In this document: in pieces, positions 19,379-31,584 of the stretch
How positions within the stretch are numbered: the first letter of the stretch is position 1
Layout: every line of letters begins with the position of its first letter
NCBI GenBank assembly: GCA_036171255.1
Contig: JAVHQS010000105.1
Coordinates: forward strand, 1-35,546
Length of the DNA: 35,546 nt
DNA from: Gallionella sp.
Lineage (GTDB): Bacteria > Pseudomonadota > Gammaproteobacteria > Burkholderiales > Gallionellaceae
Direction: 5' to 3'
Made by a program: the position numbers and the translations under genes
The notes under the pieces: model-generated
Told to the model about the DNA's origin: nothing
Database searches by the model: none
What the model saw: only the letters and a program-made list of their open reading frames with translations

Positions 19379-20551
19379 ATGTTTGAAATCATGGAAGCAC
19401 AAACTCAGGATGCGGTGATCAAGGTGATTGGGGTCGGCGGCTGCGGCGGCAATGCGGTGGATCATATGATTGACCAGGGCGTTCAGGGGGTCGAGTTCAT
19501 CGTCATCAACACCGATGCTCAGGCACTCAAGCGCAGCAAGGCGCGCACCCAGTTGCAGATCGGCGCGACCATCACCAAAGGTTTGGGGGCGGGCGCCAAG
19601 CCTTCGGTAGGTCAGGCGGCGGCGGAAGAGGATCGCGAGCGCATCAAGGAGATGATGGTCGGCGCACACATGGTGTTCATCACCGCCGGCATGGGTGGCG
19701 GTACCGGAACGGGCGCCGCGCCGATCGTCGCGCAGATCGCGAAGGAAATGGACATTCTGACCGTGGCGGTGGTCACCAAGCCGTTCGCTTACGAAGGCAA
19801 CCGCATGCGCTTCGCCAAGGCCGGTATCGAGGCGCTGCACGAATTCGTCGATTCGCTGATCATCGTGCCGAACTCCAAGCTGATGGAAGTGCTGGGCATG
19901 GATATCACCGTGCCGGAAGCCTTCAAGGCCGCCAATGGCGTATTGCAGGGCGCGGTCGCCGGTATCGCCGAAGTGATCAATGTGCCTGGCCTGATCAACG
20001 TGGACTTTGCCGACGTGCGCACCGTGATGTCGGAGAACGGCATGGCGATGATGGGCTCCGCGATCGCTTCCGGCCCGGATCGCGCACGGGTCGCCGCAGA
20101 GCGCGCGATCGCCAGCCCGTTGCTGGAAGACGTGGATATGTCCGGTGCGCGCGGCGTGCTGGTGAATATCACCTCGTCCAGCCAATTGCGTCTGAAGGAG
20201 ATCGACGACGTGATGGAATGCGTCCAGTTCGCCGCAGAAGAAGCGACGGTGATCGTCGGCTCGGTATTCGACGAGGTCATGGGCGATGAACTGCGCGTGA
20301 CCGTCGTGGCCACCGGCCTCGGTGCGCCACTGGCACGCAAACAGGTCAAGCCGGAGATCGTCTACCAGAATCAGGACTTCCAGAGGACCGGCACGCACGA
20401 CGAACCGATCGCCAATGCGGGTATTAATTACAACGAGCTGGATACGCCTGCCGTGATGCGCCGCGGCCGCAGAGAGACCATCGACGCGATGGAAAAATCC
20501 GGCATGGATATGCTGGATATTCCGTCGTTCCTGCGCAAACAGGCAGACTAA
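19379..20551 (+). CDS. ftsZ: Cell division protein FtsZ
   Basis: IKVIGVGGCGGNAV, GMGGGTGTG, INVDFADV, DIPSFLRKQAD; SD AAGGAG at 19367-19372. Confidence 0.98.
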   Translation: MFEIMEAQTQDAVIKVIGVGGCGGNAVDHMIDQGVQGVEFIVINTDAQALKRSKARTQLQIGATITKGLGAGAKPSVGQAAAEEDRERIKEMMVGAHMVFITAGMGGGTGTGAAPIVAQIAKEMDILTVAVVTKPFAYEGNRMRFAKAGIEALHEFVDSLIIVPNSKLMEVLGMDITVPEAFKAANGVLQGAVAGIAEVINVPGLINVDFADVRTVMSENGMAMMGSAIASGPDRARVAAERAIASPLLEDVDMSGARGVLVNITSSSQLRLKEIDDVMECVQFAAEEATVIVGSVFDEVMGDELRVTVVATGLGAPLARKQVKPEIVYQNQDFQRTGTHDEPIANAGINYNELDTPAVMRRGRRETIDAMEKSGMDMLDIPSFLRKQAD

Positions 20552-20553
20552 AA

Positions 20554-20632
20554 GCAGGATCGAGGATGCGGGATTCAGTCTAAAGCGGCGCAGTGGTTTT
20601 TCTGAATCCTGCATCCCGCATCCTGAATCCTC
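20554..20632. repeat. Inverted pair of heptamer arrays between ftsZ and lpxC
   Basis: GCAGGAT CGAGGAT GCGGGAT TCAG ... CTGA ATCCTGC ATCCCGC ATCCTGA ATCCTC. Confidence 0.85.
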
Positions 20633-20644
20633 AAAAGGGGGCTG

Positions 20645-20653
20645 TGGTAAAAT
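20645..20653 (+). promoter_or_regulatory. Extended -10 promoter for lpxC
   Basis: TGgTAAAAT at 20645-20653, followed 6 nt later by an in-frame ATG (20660). Confidence 0.55.
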
Positions 20654-20683
20654 CGCCGCATGATTCCGGTAATCAAGACAGCA

Positions 20684-21595
20684 ATGGTCAAGCAACGCAC
20701 CCTGAAGAATTCCGTTAGCGTGACGGGGGTCGGCTTGCACAGCGGCGAAAAGGTCACGCTCGGTTTGCGCCCGGCTCCGGTCAACAGCGGCATCGTGTTC
20801 CGCCGCGTGGACGTGAAGCCGGTCGAGGAGATTCGCGCGCACGCCGACCTGGTGCATGACACGCGCCTGTCCACCTGCATGGAGCAGAACGGCGTGCGCG
20901 TCGCCACCATCGAGCATCTGATGTCGGCCTTGGCCGGGTTGGGCGTGGACAACGCCTATGTCGATCTGGACAGCGCGGAAGTGCCGATCATGGACGGCAG
21001 TGCCGGCACCTTCATCTTCCTGCTGCAATCGGCCGGCATCGTCGAACAATCGGCCGCCAAGAAATTCATCCGCATCAAAAAGACCGTGGAGGTCAGGCAA
21101 GGCGACAAATGGGTGCGCTTTGAACCACACCACGGCTACAAACTGACCTTCACCATCAATTTCGCCCACCCGGTATTTGCCAATACCAAACAGCATGTCA
21201 CGGTGGATCTCGACGAGCATTCCTACATCCGCGACATCAGCCGTGCGCGCACGTTCGGTTTTATGCAGGACGTCGAAGCCATGCGCGCGCAGGGGCTGGC
21301 ATTGGGCGGCAGTCTGGACAACGCCATCGTGATGGACGATTACCGGGTGCTGAATGCGGATGGACTGCGTTTCGAGGACGAGTTCGTCAAGCACAAGGTG
21401 CTCGATGCGATCGGCGATCTGTATCTGTTGGGCTATCCGCTGATCGGCGCTTTCCTCGGCTATAAATCCGGTCACGCGCTGAATAATGCCTTGCTGCGCG
21501 AACTGCTCGCCGATGAGCAGGCTTGGGAGTTCGTCACGTTCGACAGCGTGGAAGAAGCGCCCGCCTTCCTGCGCCTGCAATTGCAGTCCGCCTGA
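20684..21595 (+). CDS. lpxC: UDP-3-O-acyl-GlcNAc deacetylase LpxC (alternative start at 20660)
   Basis: [52 protein letters not shown]. Confidence 0.98.
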   Translation: MVKQRTLKNSVSVTGVGLHSGEKVTLGLRPAPVNSGIVFRRVDVKPVEEIRAHADLVHDTRLSTCMEQNGVRVATIEHLMSALAGLGVDNAYVDLDSAEVPIMDGSAGTFIFLLQSAGIVEQSAAKKFIRIKKTVEVRQGDKWVRFEPHHGYKLTFTINFAHPVFANTKQHVTVDLDEHSYIRDISRARTFGFMQDVEAMRAQGLALGGSLDNAIVMDDYRVLNADGLRFEDEFVKHKVLDAIGDLYLLGYPLIGAFLGYKSGHALNNALLRELLADEQAWEFVTFDSVEEAPAFLRLQLQSA

Positions 21596-21630
21596 TTCCA
21601 AATCGACGGCGGCCTTATGGGAGCCTCTAA

Positions 21631-21831
21631 ATGTTGATCCTGCGTCTGTTCACGGTACTGGTCGCCCTGATACTGGTGCTGAGCGGCGGGATGTATGTCT
21701 TCACGCGCAATCGCCGCTATCTCAAGTTCGCCTGGCAAACGCTGCGCTTCACGGGGTTGCTGTTGTTGGTCTTTGCCTTGCTGTTCGTGCTGGAACGGTA
21801 CGTGCTGGTTGCCTGGCGGGTTCTGCTTTAG
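21631..21831 (+). CDS. Small two-TM membrane protein
   Basis: Two hydrophobic helices separated by TRNRRYLKFAWQ; SD GGAG upstream. Confidence 0.75.
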   Translation: MLILRLFTVLVALILVLSGGMYVFTRNRRYLKFAWQTLRFTGLLLLVFALLFVLERYVLVAWRVLL

Positions 21832-22250
21832 GTTTTCTTCCGCATCATCTTCTGCACCGCGTGTTTGAGAGGCGATTCATCGAGGGTCTGACTGAGTTCC
21901 TGCAATGCGTTCTGCGCCTTTTTGGTCAGGATGCGCGGGGTGGTTTTGGGCGGGCTGCGGGTATAGGCGACTTGCACCTTGACGCGGATTCCGCTAACCT
22001 CGCACCCCCTGTTTTGTAACATCACCACCAGTTCCGGTGCCAGTTGGCGTAATTTCGCCGCGATAGTGGAGTTCGCAACGGCGATGCTGAGCGTGCCCAG
22101 TTGCAGGCTCAGGACTTGGCTGGATTGGCCGAGATAGGGCGGCGCGACACCGGCAAAGTGTTGTTGCAAGGCCGATAGAATCTGCGCTTTGTTGAGTAGC
22201 GAGCGGAATTCCCGATCGCCGCCGAGCAGTGTTTTCAGACGTTGCGCCAC
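21828..22250 (-). CDS. dciA: DciA/DUF721 family protein
   Basis: GTLSIAVANSTIAAKLRQLAPEL...IRVKVQ; antisense position between lpxC and M23/secA is the usual one. Confidence 0.85.
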   Translation of the reverse strand: MAQRLKTLLGGDREFRSLLNKAQILSALQQHFAGVAPPYLGQSSQVLSLQLGTLSIAVANSTIAAKLRQLAPELVVMLQNRGCEVSGIRVKVQVAYTRSPPKTTPRILTKKAQNALQELSQTLDESPLKHAVQKMMRKKT

Positions 22251-22280
22251 AAATTTACGATTTCATAAGAAGGGGGAGGC

Positions 22281-23201
22281 ATGAATATTATTCTAGTTTC
22301 CAATCGCCTGGCAAAGACCCGGAGCATCTCGCTGGGCGGCAGGCAAATAGTTTTTCTGCTGCTGCTGCTGTTCGGGCTGGTGTTGAGCACCGCTATCGTG
22401 TTGCAATTCACGCTGGCGCGTTTCGCGCCGGACGGGCTGGGCAGCGGGGTGCGCGAGGTGTTGCTGAGCGGGCAGAATGACGAGCGGCAAAAACAGCAGT
22501 CCTATGTGCGCAGCAGTCTGGATACGATGGCGGCGAAACTGGGCCAGATGCAGGCGCAGGTGCAGCGTCTGGACGCGCTGGGCGGCCGTCTGGCGAAGCT
22601 GACCGGGATGAAGCCGCAGGAGTTCATGTTCGATCAGCCACCTGCGCAGGGCGGGCCGCTGGTGACGGCGCCTGCCCAAGAGATGTCGGCGGATACGCTG
22701 GAGCAGCAACTCAATCTGTTGACCCAGGTGGTCGGCGATCGCAGCGATAAGCTGATGGCGCTGGAAACGATGCTGATGCAGAACCAGTTGAGCCGCAAGC
22801 TGCTGCCTTCGATCGCGCCGATCAACGACGGCTGGTATTCGTCCAACTTCGGCTGGCGCATCGACCCGTTCACCGGCAAAAATGCGATGCATGAAGGGGT
22901 GGATTACATGGTGGAGGCCGGCACAGCCATCCATGCCTCTGCGGGCGGCGTGGTGGTGTATTCGGATTACCATCCCCAGTATGGTAATATGGTCGAAATT
23001 GATCACGGCAACGACATCGTGACGCGTTATGCGCATGCATCGCGGCTGATGGCCAAGGTCGGACAGGTGGTGCGGCGCGGTGACAAGATCGCCGAGGTCG
23101 GCAGCACCGGGCGTTCCACCGGCAACCATTTGCACTTTGAAGTTCGCTATAGAGGCATCGCCCAGAATCCCGTGCGTTTCTTGCAAAACGCAGCCAGCTA
23201 G
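22281..23201 (+). CDS. M23 family metallopeptidase
   Basis: SSNFGWRIDPF, HEGVD (HxxxD), YGNMVEIDHG, YAH, STGNHLHFEV (HxH). Confidence 0.95.
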   Translation: MNIILVSNRLAKTRSISLGGRQIVFLLLLLFGLVLSTAIVLQFTLARFAPDGLGSGVREVLLSGQNDERQKQQSYVRSSLDTMAAKLGQMQAQVQRLDALGGRLAKLTGMKPQEFMFDQPPAQGGPLVTAPAQEMSADTLEQQLNLLTQVVGDRSDKLMALETMLMQNQLSRKLLPSIAPINDGWYSSNFGWRIDPFTGKNAMHEGVDYMVEAGTAIHASAGGVVVYSDYHPQYGNMVEIDHGNDIVTRYAHASRLMAKVGQVVRRGDKIAEVGSTGRSTGNHLHFEVRYRGIAQNPVRFLQNAAS

Positions 23202-23230
23202 TGGTGTAGATATTTGGTTTCCATTTGTGG

Positions 23231-23266
23231 GGGTGAGGTGATGGCTGCCTCACCCTTTATTATTTT
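23231..23266 (+). terminator. Intrinsic terminator-like hairpin between the M23 gene and secA
   Basis: Stem GGGTGAGGT / GCCTCACCC with a 7-nt loop, followed by TTTATTATTTT. Confidence 0.55.
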
Positions 23267-23286
23267 GTAGTCGAGAAAACGAAAAC

Positions 23287-26010
<2,724 letters not shown>

Positions 26011-26029
26011 TACGCGAAAGGAGAAAGAA

Positions 26030-26515
26030 ATGTCGTTAGTGATTGATACGCTGCGCACCTCCACGGTCACCGAGGAATTGAACGATGCCGAGGTGGAAAT
26101 TCTGGCAGGATTATTCGAGGTTCAGGACTACAAGTCAGGTACGGCGATCGTCCAGCCGGGAGACCAGCAGCCGGACAACTTGTACATCCTCGCGCATGGC
26201 GATATCGAGGTGAAGATCCAAAGCGGCGGCGATGAGTCCACCATTCACGTTCTCAAGCCGGGCGATCTGGCCGGCATCATCACCTTCGCGGGCGGCGCGG
26301 CATCGGATGTCAGCGCCACGCTGTATGCGGTCGGCGATACCAAGGTGCTGAGTATGCCCAGGGCGAAATTCGAGTCTTTGGTCAACTCGCATCCGATGAT
26401 CGTGTACCGTGTGATGCGCGGCGTCGTGCGCAATGTGCATGGCATCGTGCGTCGTGTGAATACGCAATCGGCGGAACTCAGCAATTACATCTACCGTACC
26501 CACGGACGCTACTAG
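26030..26515 (+). CDS. Stand-alone cyclic-nucleotide-binding domain protein
   Basis: IVQPGD..DNLYILAHGDIEV..LKPGDLAGIITF..SATLYA; no HTH; SD AAGGAG. Confidence 0.85.
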   Translation: MSLVIDTLRTSTVTEELNDAEVEILAGLFEVQDYKSGTAIVQPGDQQPDNLYILAHGDIEVKIQSGGDESTIHVLKPGDLAGIITFAGGAASDVSATLYAVGDTKVLSMPRAKFESLVNSHPMIVYRVMRGVVRNVHGIVRRVNTQSAELSNYIYRTHGRY

Positions 26516-26537
26516 ATAAAACGACTGATATGACTAC

Positions 26538-26586
26538 TAGCCATCTGACTAACCCAGCAAAAAACGCTGGGCAAGTCATTGGTTAT
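26538..26586 (+). repeat. 49-bp dispersed hairpin repeat, copy 2
   Basis: TAGCCATCTGACTAACCCAGCAAAAAACGCTGGGCAAGTCATTGGTTAT, followed by a repeated AGCCAT. Confidence 0.85.
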
Positions 26587-26626
26587 AGCCATCCAGGCTT
26601 AACCAACCGATAGGAATTAAATTTTC

Positions 26627-27856
26627 ATGCCGGTCAATCTGAATTCGCCCGTCGCGGCACAACTGTTGCCCGTTGCGGGCGTTTCTTTGGGTATCGCCGA
26701 AGCGAACATCAAGCGCGAGAATCGCAAGGACTTGCTGGTAATGCAGTTGTGCGAAGGCGCGCGCGTTGCCGGGGTGTTCACCAGGAACCGTTTCTGTGCC
26801 GCACCGGTGATCGTCGCGCGTGAACATCTTGCCGCCGATCAAGGCATCCGCGCGCTGGTGGTCAACACCGGCAATGCCAATGCCGGAACCGGCGAGCAAG
26901 GTTTGCAGGATGCGCGCACCACCTGCGCCGCGCTGGCGGGTTTGCTGGGCTGCAAGTCCACGCAGATACTGCCGTATTCCACCGGGGTGATCATGGAGCC
27001 GTTGCCGGTCGCGAAGATCGCCACAGGGCTGCCTGCCGCCGTGGCGAACCTGCGCGCGGATAACTGGTTCGATGCGGCACAGGCGATCATGACCACCGAC
27101 ATCGTCGCCAAGGCGATCTCCAAACAGGTCGTGGTGGACGGCGTGCCGGTCACCCTCACCGGCATCGCCAAAGGTTCCGGCATGATCCACCCGAACATGG
27201 CGACCATGCTCGGCTACATCGCCACCGATGCGGGCATCACCCAACAGTTGTTGCAAGCAATGGTCAGCGAGGCTGCGGACCGCTCGTTCAACTGCATCAC
27301 CGTGGACGGCGACACCTCCACCAACGATGCGCTGATGCTGATCGCCACCGGAAAGTCGGCGCTGCCGGAGCTGCGCGATTTTGACAGCAAGGCCTACGGT
27401 ATCTTGTTGGAGGCAGTCACCGAAGTCGCTACACATTTGGCACAAGCCATCGTGCGCGACGGCGAAGGCGCGACCAAGTTCATTACCATCAAAGTCGAAG
27501 GCGGCAAGGATGAGGCCGAGTGCAAACAGATCGGCTATGCCATCGCCCACTCGCCGCTGGTGAAGACCGCGTTCTTCGCCTCCGACCCCAACCTGGGGCG
27601 TATCCTTGCGGCGATCGGCTATGCGGGCATAGACGACCTCGATGTTGCCGCGCTCAAACTGTATCTCGACGACGTGCTGGTGGCAGAGAATGGCGGGCGC
27701 GCGGCCAGTTATCAGGAAGAAGACGGCCAGCGCGTGATGCAGCAAAGCGATATCGCCATTCGCGTGGTACTGAATCGCGGTACAACGAACGCTACGCTGT
27801 GGACGTGCGATTTTTCCTACGACTACGTGAAGATCAACGCCAGCTATCGAAGTTAA
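26627..27856 (+). CDS. argJ: Glutamate N-acetyltransferase / ornithine acetyltransferase ArgJ
   Basis: [51 protein letters not shown]. Confidence 0.98.
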   Translation: MPVNLNSPVAAQLLPVAGVSLGIAEANIKRENRKDLLVMQLCEGARVAGVFTRNRFCAAPVIVAREHLAADQGIRALVVNTGNANAGTGEQGLQDARTTCAALAGLLGCKSTQILPYSTGVIMEPLPVAKIATGLPAAVANLRADNWFDAAQAIMTTDIVAKAISKQVVVDGVPVTLTGIAKGSGMIHPNMATMLGYIATDAGITQQLLQAMVSEAADRSFNCITVDGDTSTNDALMLIATGKSALPELRDFDSKAYGILLEAVTEVATHLAQAIVRDGEGATKFITIKVEGGKDEAECKQIGYAIAHSPLVKTAFFASDPNLGRILAAIGYAGIDDLDVAALKLYLDDVLVAENGGRAASYQEEDGQRVMQQSDIAIRVVLNRGTTNATLWTCDFSYDYVKINASYRS

Positions 27857-27977
27857 ATCCTGCTGCGCGATCAATCTGCGGTGTTGCAGTATCGCGCGCT
27901 TCCTGGCCTACCAGCCCGGTATGTCTGCGTCGCGCGCTCCACTGCGCATGGCATCTTGACCTGCTCGTGACGGATTT
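27855..27977. mobile_element. 123-bp MITE-like element after argJ
   Basis: Ends AAATCC / GGATTT; shares CCTGCTGCGCGAT and the GCGCTCC..TGCGC..GCTCG..CGG 3' segment with 5874-6038. Confidence 0.6.
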
Positions 27978-27995
27978 CGGAGGGAATCAATTCTT

Positions 27996-28859
27996 ATGGA
28001 TAAGTTGGACAGCTTCCTCACCCGCGCAGAAGGGCTGCTCTCCCGTCTGGAAAACGTGCTGCCCGGAGCGCAGCCGCAAGCGCCGGATTGGCAGTCTGCC
28101 GCCGCATTCCGCTGGGATCATCGGCAACGCACTTTGCATCCGGTGGTGAACTTCCAGCGCATCGCGCTTGCCGACCTGTTCGGTATCGACGACCAGAAAC
28201 AGCGCATCCGGCAAAACACACTGCAATTCGTGCGCGGCGGTACGGCAAACAATGTGCTGCTCTCCGGCGCGCGCGGCACGGGCAAGTCGTCTTTGGTCAA
28301 GGCGTTGCTGAACGAATATGCGCAGCAAGGGCTGCGCGTGATCCAGATCGACAAACAGGGTCTGGTCGATCTGCCGCATATCATCGGTTTGGTGCAGGGG
28401 CGCGCCGAGCGCTTCATCCTGTATTGCGACGATCTGTCGTTCAACACTGATGAGCCCGGTTACCAGGCCCTCAAGGCCGCGCTGGACGGCGATCTGGTGG
28501 CGTTCTCCGACAATCTGCTGATCTATGCTACTTCCAACCGTCGCCATTTGATGCCGGACTACATACAGGACAACCTCGCTACGAAATACGCCGGTGACGA
28601 AGTGCATCCGGCAGAAAGCGTCGAGGAAAAGGTGTCGCTGTCCGAGCGTTTCGGACTATGGATTTCTTTTTATCCGTTCGGTCAGGACGACTATCTGGAG
28701 GTGGCAGCACATTGGTTGCAACATCGCGGCTGGCCGCATGGTCTCACCGACGAAGTGCGCACCGCCGCCTTGCAATGGTCGCTGATGCGCGGCTCGCGCA
28801 GCGGACGGGTGGCGGGGCAGTTCGCTCGCGATTGGTGCGGAAAGCATGCAACAAATTAA
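27996..28859 (+). CDS. DUF815 family AAA+ ATPase
   Basis: [61 protein letters not shown]. Confidence 0.95.
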   Translation: MDKLDSFLTRAEGLLSRLENVLPGAQPQAPDWQSAAAFRWDHRQRTLHPVVNFQRIALADLFGIDDQKQRIRQNTLQFVRGGTANNVLLSGARGTGKSSLVKALLNEYAQQGLRVIQIDKQGLVDLPHIIGLVQGRAERFILYCDDLSFNTDEPGYQALKAALDGDLVAFSDNLLIYATSNRRHLMPDYIQDNLATKYAGDEVHPAESVEEKVSLSERFGLWISFYPFGQDDYLEVAAHWLQHRGWPHGLTDEVRTAALQWSLMRGSRSGRVAGQFARDWCGKHATN

Positions 28860-29784
28860 AGTGGTCGAGGTCGCCGCTGCGGTACTCCAGAAGCCAGGCG
28901 GCTCTTTCCTGCTGGCGCAACGCCCCGCCGATAAAATCTGGGCAGGTTATTGGGAATTCCCCGGCGGCAAGATCGAACCCGGCGAGACGGCCAGCCATGC
29001 GCTGGTGCGGGAGCTGCGCGAGGAACTGGGTATCGAGGTTGAAACGGCGTATCCGTGGATCACCCGTGTGTTCGCTTACCCGCACGCGACGGTGCGGCTG
29101 AATTTTTTTCGCGTGACGGCGTGGCGCGGTGAGCCACATCCCCACGAAGGACAGCAGTTCGCTTGGCAGCACGCGACAGAGGTGGTTGTCAATCCCGTTT
29201 TGCCGGCTAACGCACCCATCCTGCGCGCGCTGGAACTGCCGTCGCTGTATGCCATCAGCAACGCCGCCGAGCTGGGCGTGGAGGCGTTCCTGGTCAGGCT
29301 GGAAGCCAGACTGGACGGGGGGCTGCGGCTGGTGCAGTTGCGTGAAAAAGCCCTCTCGCATGACGAGTTGCACGAGCTGGCGCGGCGTGTGATCAAGATG
29401 GCGCATGCACACGGTGCAAAGGTGTTGCTCAATGGCGATGTTGCGCTGGCTCAGGAGATCGGCGCCGACGGCGTGCAGGTGACCTCGGCGCAACTTGCCG
29501 AATTAAGCGAACGGCCTGCAGTGGATTGGTGTGCGGCTTCTTGTCACAGTGCGGAGGAGGTGCTCCGCGCGGAAGAGCTGGGTTGCGATTTTGTGCTGTT
29601 GAGCCCGGTGTTGCCGACACAATCCCATCCGGGCGCACCGCATCTGGGTTGGGAGAAGTTTTCAGCCATTGCGACGGGAGCATCCATTCCGGTGTATGCG
29701 CTGGGCGGGTTGACGCATGAGGACATGCAAACCGCGTGGCAGCATGGCGCGCACGGCATTGCATTGTTGCGTCAGGCCTGGTGA
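28846..29784 (+). CDS. Nudix (MutT-like) hydrolase fused to a thiamine-phosphate synthase-like domain
   Basis: Nudix box [27 protein letters not shown]; ThiE-like [27 protein letters not shown]. Confidence 0.93.
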   Translation: MQQIKVVEVAAAVLQKPGGSFLLAQRPADKIWAGYWEFPGGKIEPGETASHALVRELREELGIEVETAYPWITRVFAYPHATVRLNFFRVTAWRGEPHPHEGQQFAWQHATEVVVNPVLPANAPILRALELPSLYAISNAAELGVEAFLVRLEARLDGGLRLVQLREKALSHDELHELARRVIKMAHAHGAKVLLNGDVALAQEIGADGVQVTSAQLAELSERPAVDWCAASCHSAEEVLRAEELGCDFVLLSPVLPTQSHPGAPHLGWEKFSAIATGASIPVYALGGLTHEDMQTAWQHGAHGIALLRQAW

Positions 29785-29908
29785 TTCCGTTCCCATTTCA
29801 TCGCTGATACTGCGTTGGTTTCCCCGCGTACTCCCGGTCGTGCTAATGGCGCTGCCAGCGTCGCACGCTCGTCACCGCCTTGTCTCAGCTTCGAAATGAA
29901 ACCGGAAT
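29784..29908. mobile_element. 125-bp MITE-like element between convergent genes, overlapping the yacG 3' end
   Basis: Imperfect 27-bp TIRs ATTCCGTTCCCATTTCATCGCTGATAC / GTCTCAGCTTCGAAATGAAACCGGAAT. Confidence 0.65.
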
Positions 29909-30094
29909 AGAAGATTCTTCAAAAAATTCTTGTTCGCGTTGCTCGACGCGATATTCTTCGTTGGCCCATTTGCCCAAATCGATCAGCTTGCATCGTTCGC
30001 TGCAGAACGGACGATAGGGGTTATTGACGTCCCACTGATGCTCGCGGCCGCAATGCGGGCAGGCGACAACAGGCGAGGTTTTGGGTGTTGTCAT
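29885..30094 (-). CDS. yacG: DNA gyrase inhibitor YacG
   Basis: CPHCG...[24 protein letters not shown]; ATG 30094 overlaps the zapD stop. Confidence 0.95.
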   Translation of the reverse strand: MTTPKTSPVVACPHCGREHQWDVNNPYRPFCSERCKLIDLGKWANEEYRVEQREQEFFEESSIPVSFRS

Positions 30095-30852
30095 GAGGAG
30101 AGGCTGCAAAAGGTCAGTTCGAAGGGCACATCCTGATCGAACAGCGTGGATTTCGCGGCGTAGTTGGCGTCGATGAAGCGGATATTGATCGCGTATTTGT
30201 TGGCGCTGACTTCGGGTATGCAAGCCATTTTTTTGTCCAGGCTGACCCGCAGCATCTGTGCAACGCGCCCTCCCTGCATTTGCTGGAAGGTGCCCTGATG
30301 TGCGGTGAAGCTCAGCACCTTGCCGCTTTCGCGCAACAGGCGCAGCACGATTTCGAGACCGGCATGCAAAGGCAGGAGCGGGGCCAGCCACGCCTGCAGA
30401 TTGGCTCGCCGCAGGACGACCGGCTGTTCCTGCCAGTAGTGATATGAAGGGAGGTCGAATTCGCAAGTGCCGCCGGGCATGCAGGAGCGCTGTTTGATTC
30501 CCATCAGCCATTCGTTCTCGCGCAGGTGCTGCCCGATTTTGCCGGTCATCGCGAGCAGATCAGCCGATGCCTGCTCGATCTCTGACAGGATCGTATCCAG
30601 GGCCCGTTCGGAAATGGCAGGGTTGTTGTGCAAGCTGGAGAGCACGCGTTTCTGGCGTTCCAGTTCCTGCAACAGCTCGGATTTAAGGTCGGCCCGACTG
30701 GAGACTTCGAGAATCTCGAACAGCGTGGTCAGGGCGGCATGATGGTCGGTGCCGGGATCGCGCCCGGTGAAGTGCGCCATGCGCGAGAACAAGTCCTCGA
30801 GGCGCAACAGGGTGCGCACTTTTTCATTGAGGGGAAACTCGTAACTGATCAC
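30091..30852 (-). CDS. zapD: Cell division protein ZapD
   Basis: [54 protein letters not shown]. Confidence 0.96.
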   Translation of the reverse strand: MISYEFPLNEKVRTLLRLEDLFSRMAHFTGRDPGTDHHAALTTLFEILEVSSRADLKSELLQELERQKRVLSSLHNNPAISERALDTILSEIEQASADLLAMTGKIGQHLRENEWLMGIKQRSCMPGGTCEFDLPSYHYWQEQPVVLRRANLQAWLAPLLPLHAGLEIVLRLLRESGKVLSFTAHQGTFQQMQGGRVAQMLRVSLDKKMACIPEVSANKYAINIRFIDANYAAKSTLFDQDVPFELTFCSLSS

Positions 30853-30933
30853 GCCGTTTTCGCCAGATGGATTGTCATGAGGGGGTTGGTTGCGAACGAT
30901 ATATTGAATATCCTCATATCGTCAATTGCTGTT

Positions 30934-31584
30934 TTACCGGTTCATGTCCAAGTAGCGCTTGTGCAGGACAGCGACCTGCTTTGCCAGACCGTCAAGGGAT
31001 GCATCGTTTTGTATCACATCGTCGGCGCGAGCGAGCCGTTGGGCGCGGGTGGGTTGTTGGGCCATGATGGCGCGCACCTCTTTCTTGTTGAGCTGACTAC
31101 GCTGGAGGACGCGCGCAACCTGGCTGTCCTCGGCACAATCGACCACCAGGATGCGCCGTACCAATTGCAGAAACGCGGGACTGTCCAGCAGTAGCGGCAC
31201 TACCATGATGACGTAAGGTACCCGATGGGCTTGTTGCAGTTGCGACCTGGCCTGTTCCAGTATCATCGGGTGTAGCACGCCTTCCAGTTTGCGCTTGGCG
31301 ACGGCATCCGAAAAAACCAGCTGGCGCAGCTTCGCGCGATCCAAAGCGCCGCCACCAGTGATGTAATCATCCCCGAAGGCTGCGCGTACCGGTGGGATAG
31401 CCAGCCCGTCAGGCCGGGTCAGTTGGTGTGCGATCGCGTCGGTGTCGATGATGGCTGCGCCATGCGCAGCGAACAGATTGGCAACCGTGCTCTTGCCGCA
31501 GCCGATGCCGCCGGTGAGCCCGATACAAAGCCTGTCTTGAGTTGGGCCCGTCCTGAGCGCGGTCGAAGGATCGGAGGAATTCAC
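30934..31584 (-). CDS. coaE: Dephospho-CoA kinase CoaE with a repeat-derived N-terminal extension
   Basis: IGLTGGIGCGKSTV, IDTDAIAH, LDRAKLR, ADDVIQN; GTG 31584 overlaps the pilD stop. Confidence 0.95.
   Translation of the reverse strand: MNSSDPSTALRTGPTQDRLCIGLTGGIGCGKSTVANLFAAHGAAIIDTDAIAHQLTRPDGLAIPPVRAAFGDDYITGGGALDRAKLRQLVFSDAVAKRKLEGVLHPMILEQARSQLQQAHRVPYVIMVVPLLLDSPAFLQLVRRILVVDCAEDSQVARVLQRSQLNKKEVRAIMAQQPTRAQRLARADDVIQNDASLDGLAKQVAVLHKRYLDMNR
31531..31570 (-). repeat. REP-like element in frame at the start of coaE (PSTALRTGPTQDR)
   Basis: Reverse complement TCCTTCGACCGCGCTCAGGACGGGCCCAACTCAAGACAGG: one full unit plus a partial unit; related to the murF insert. Confidence 0.65.
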
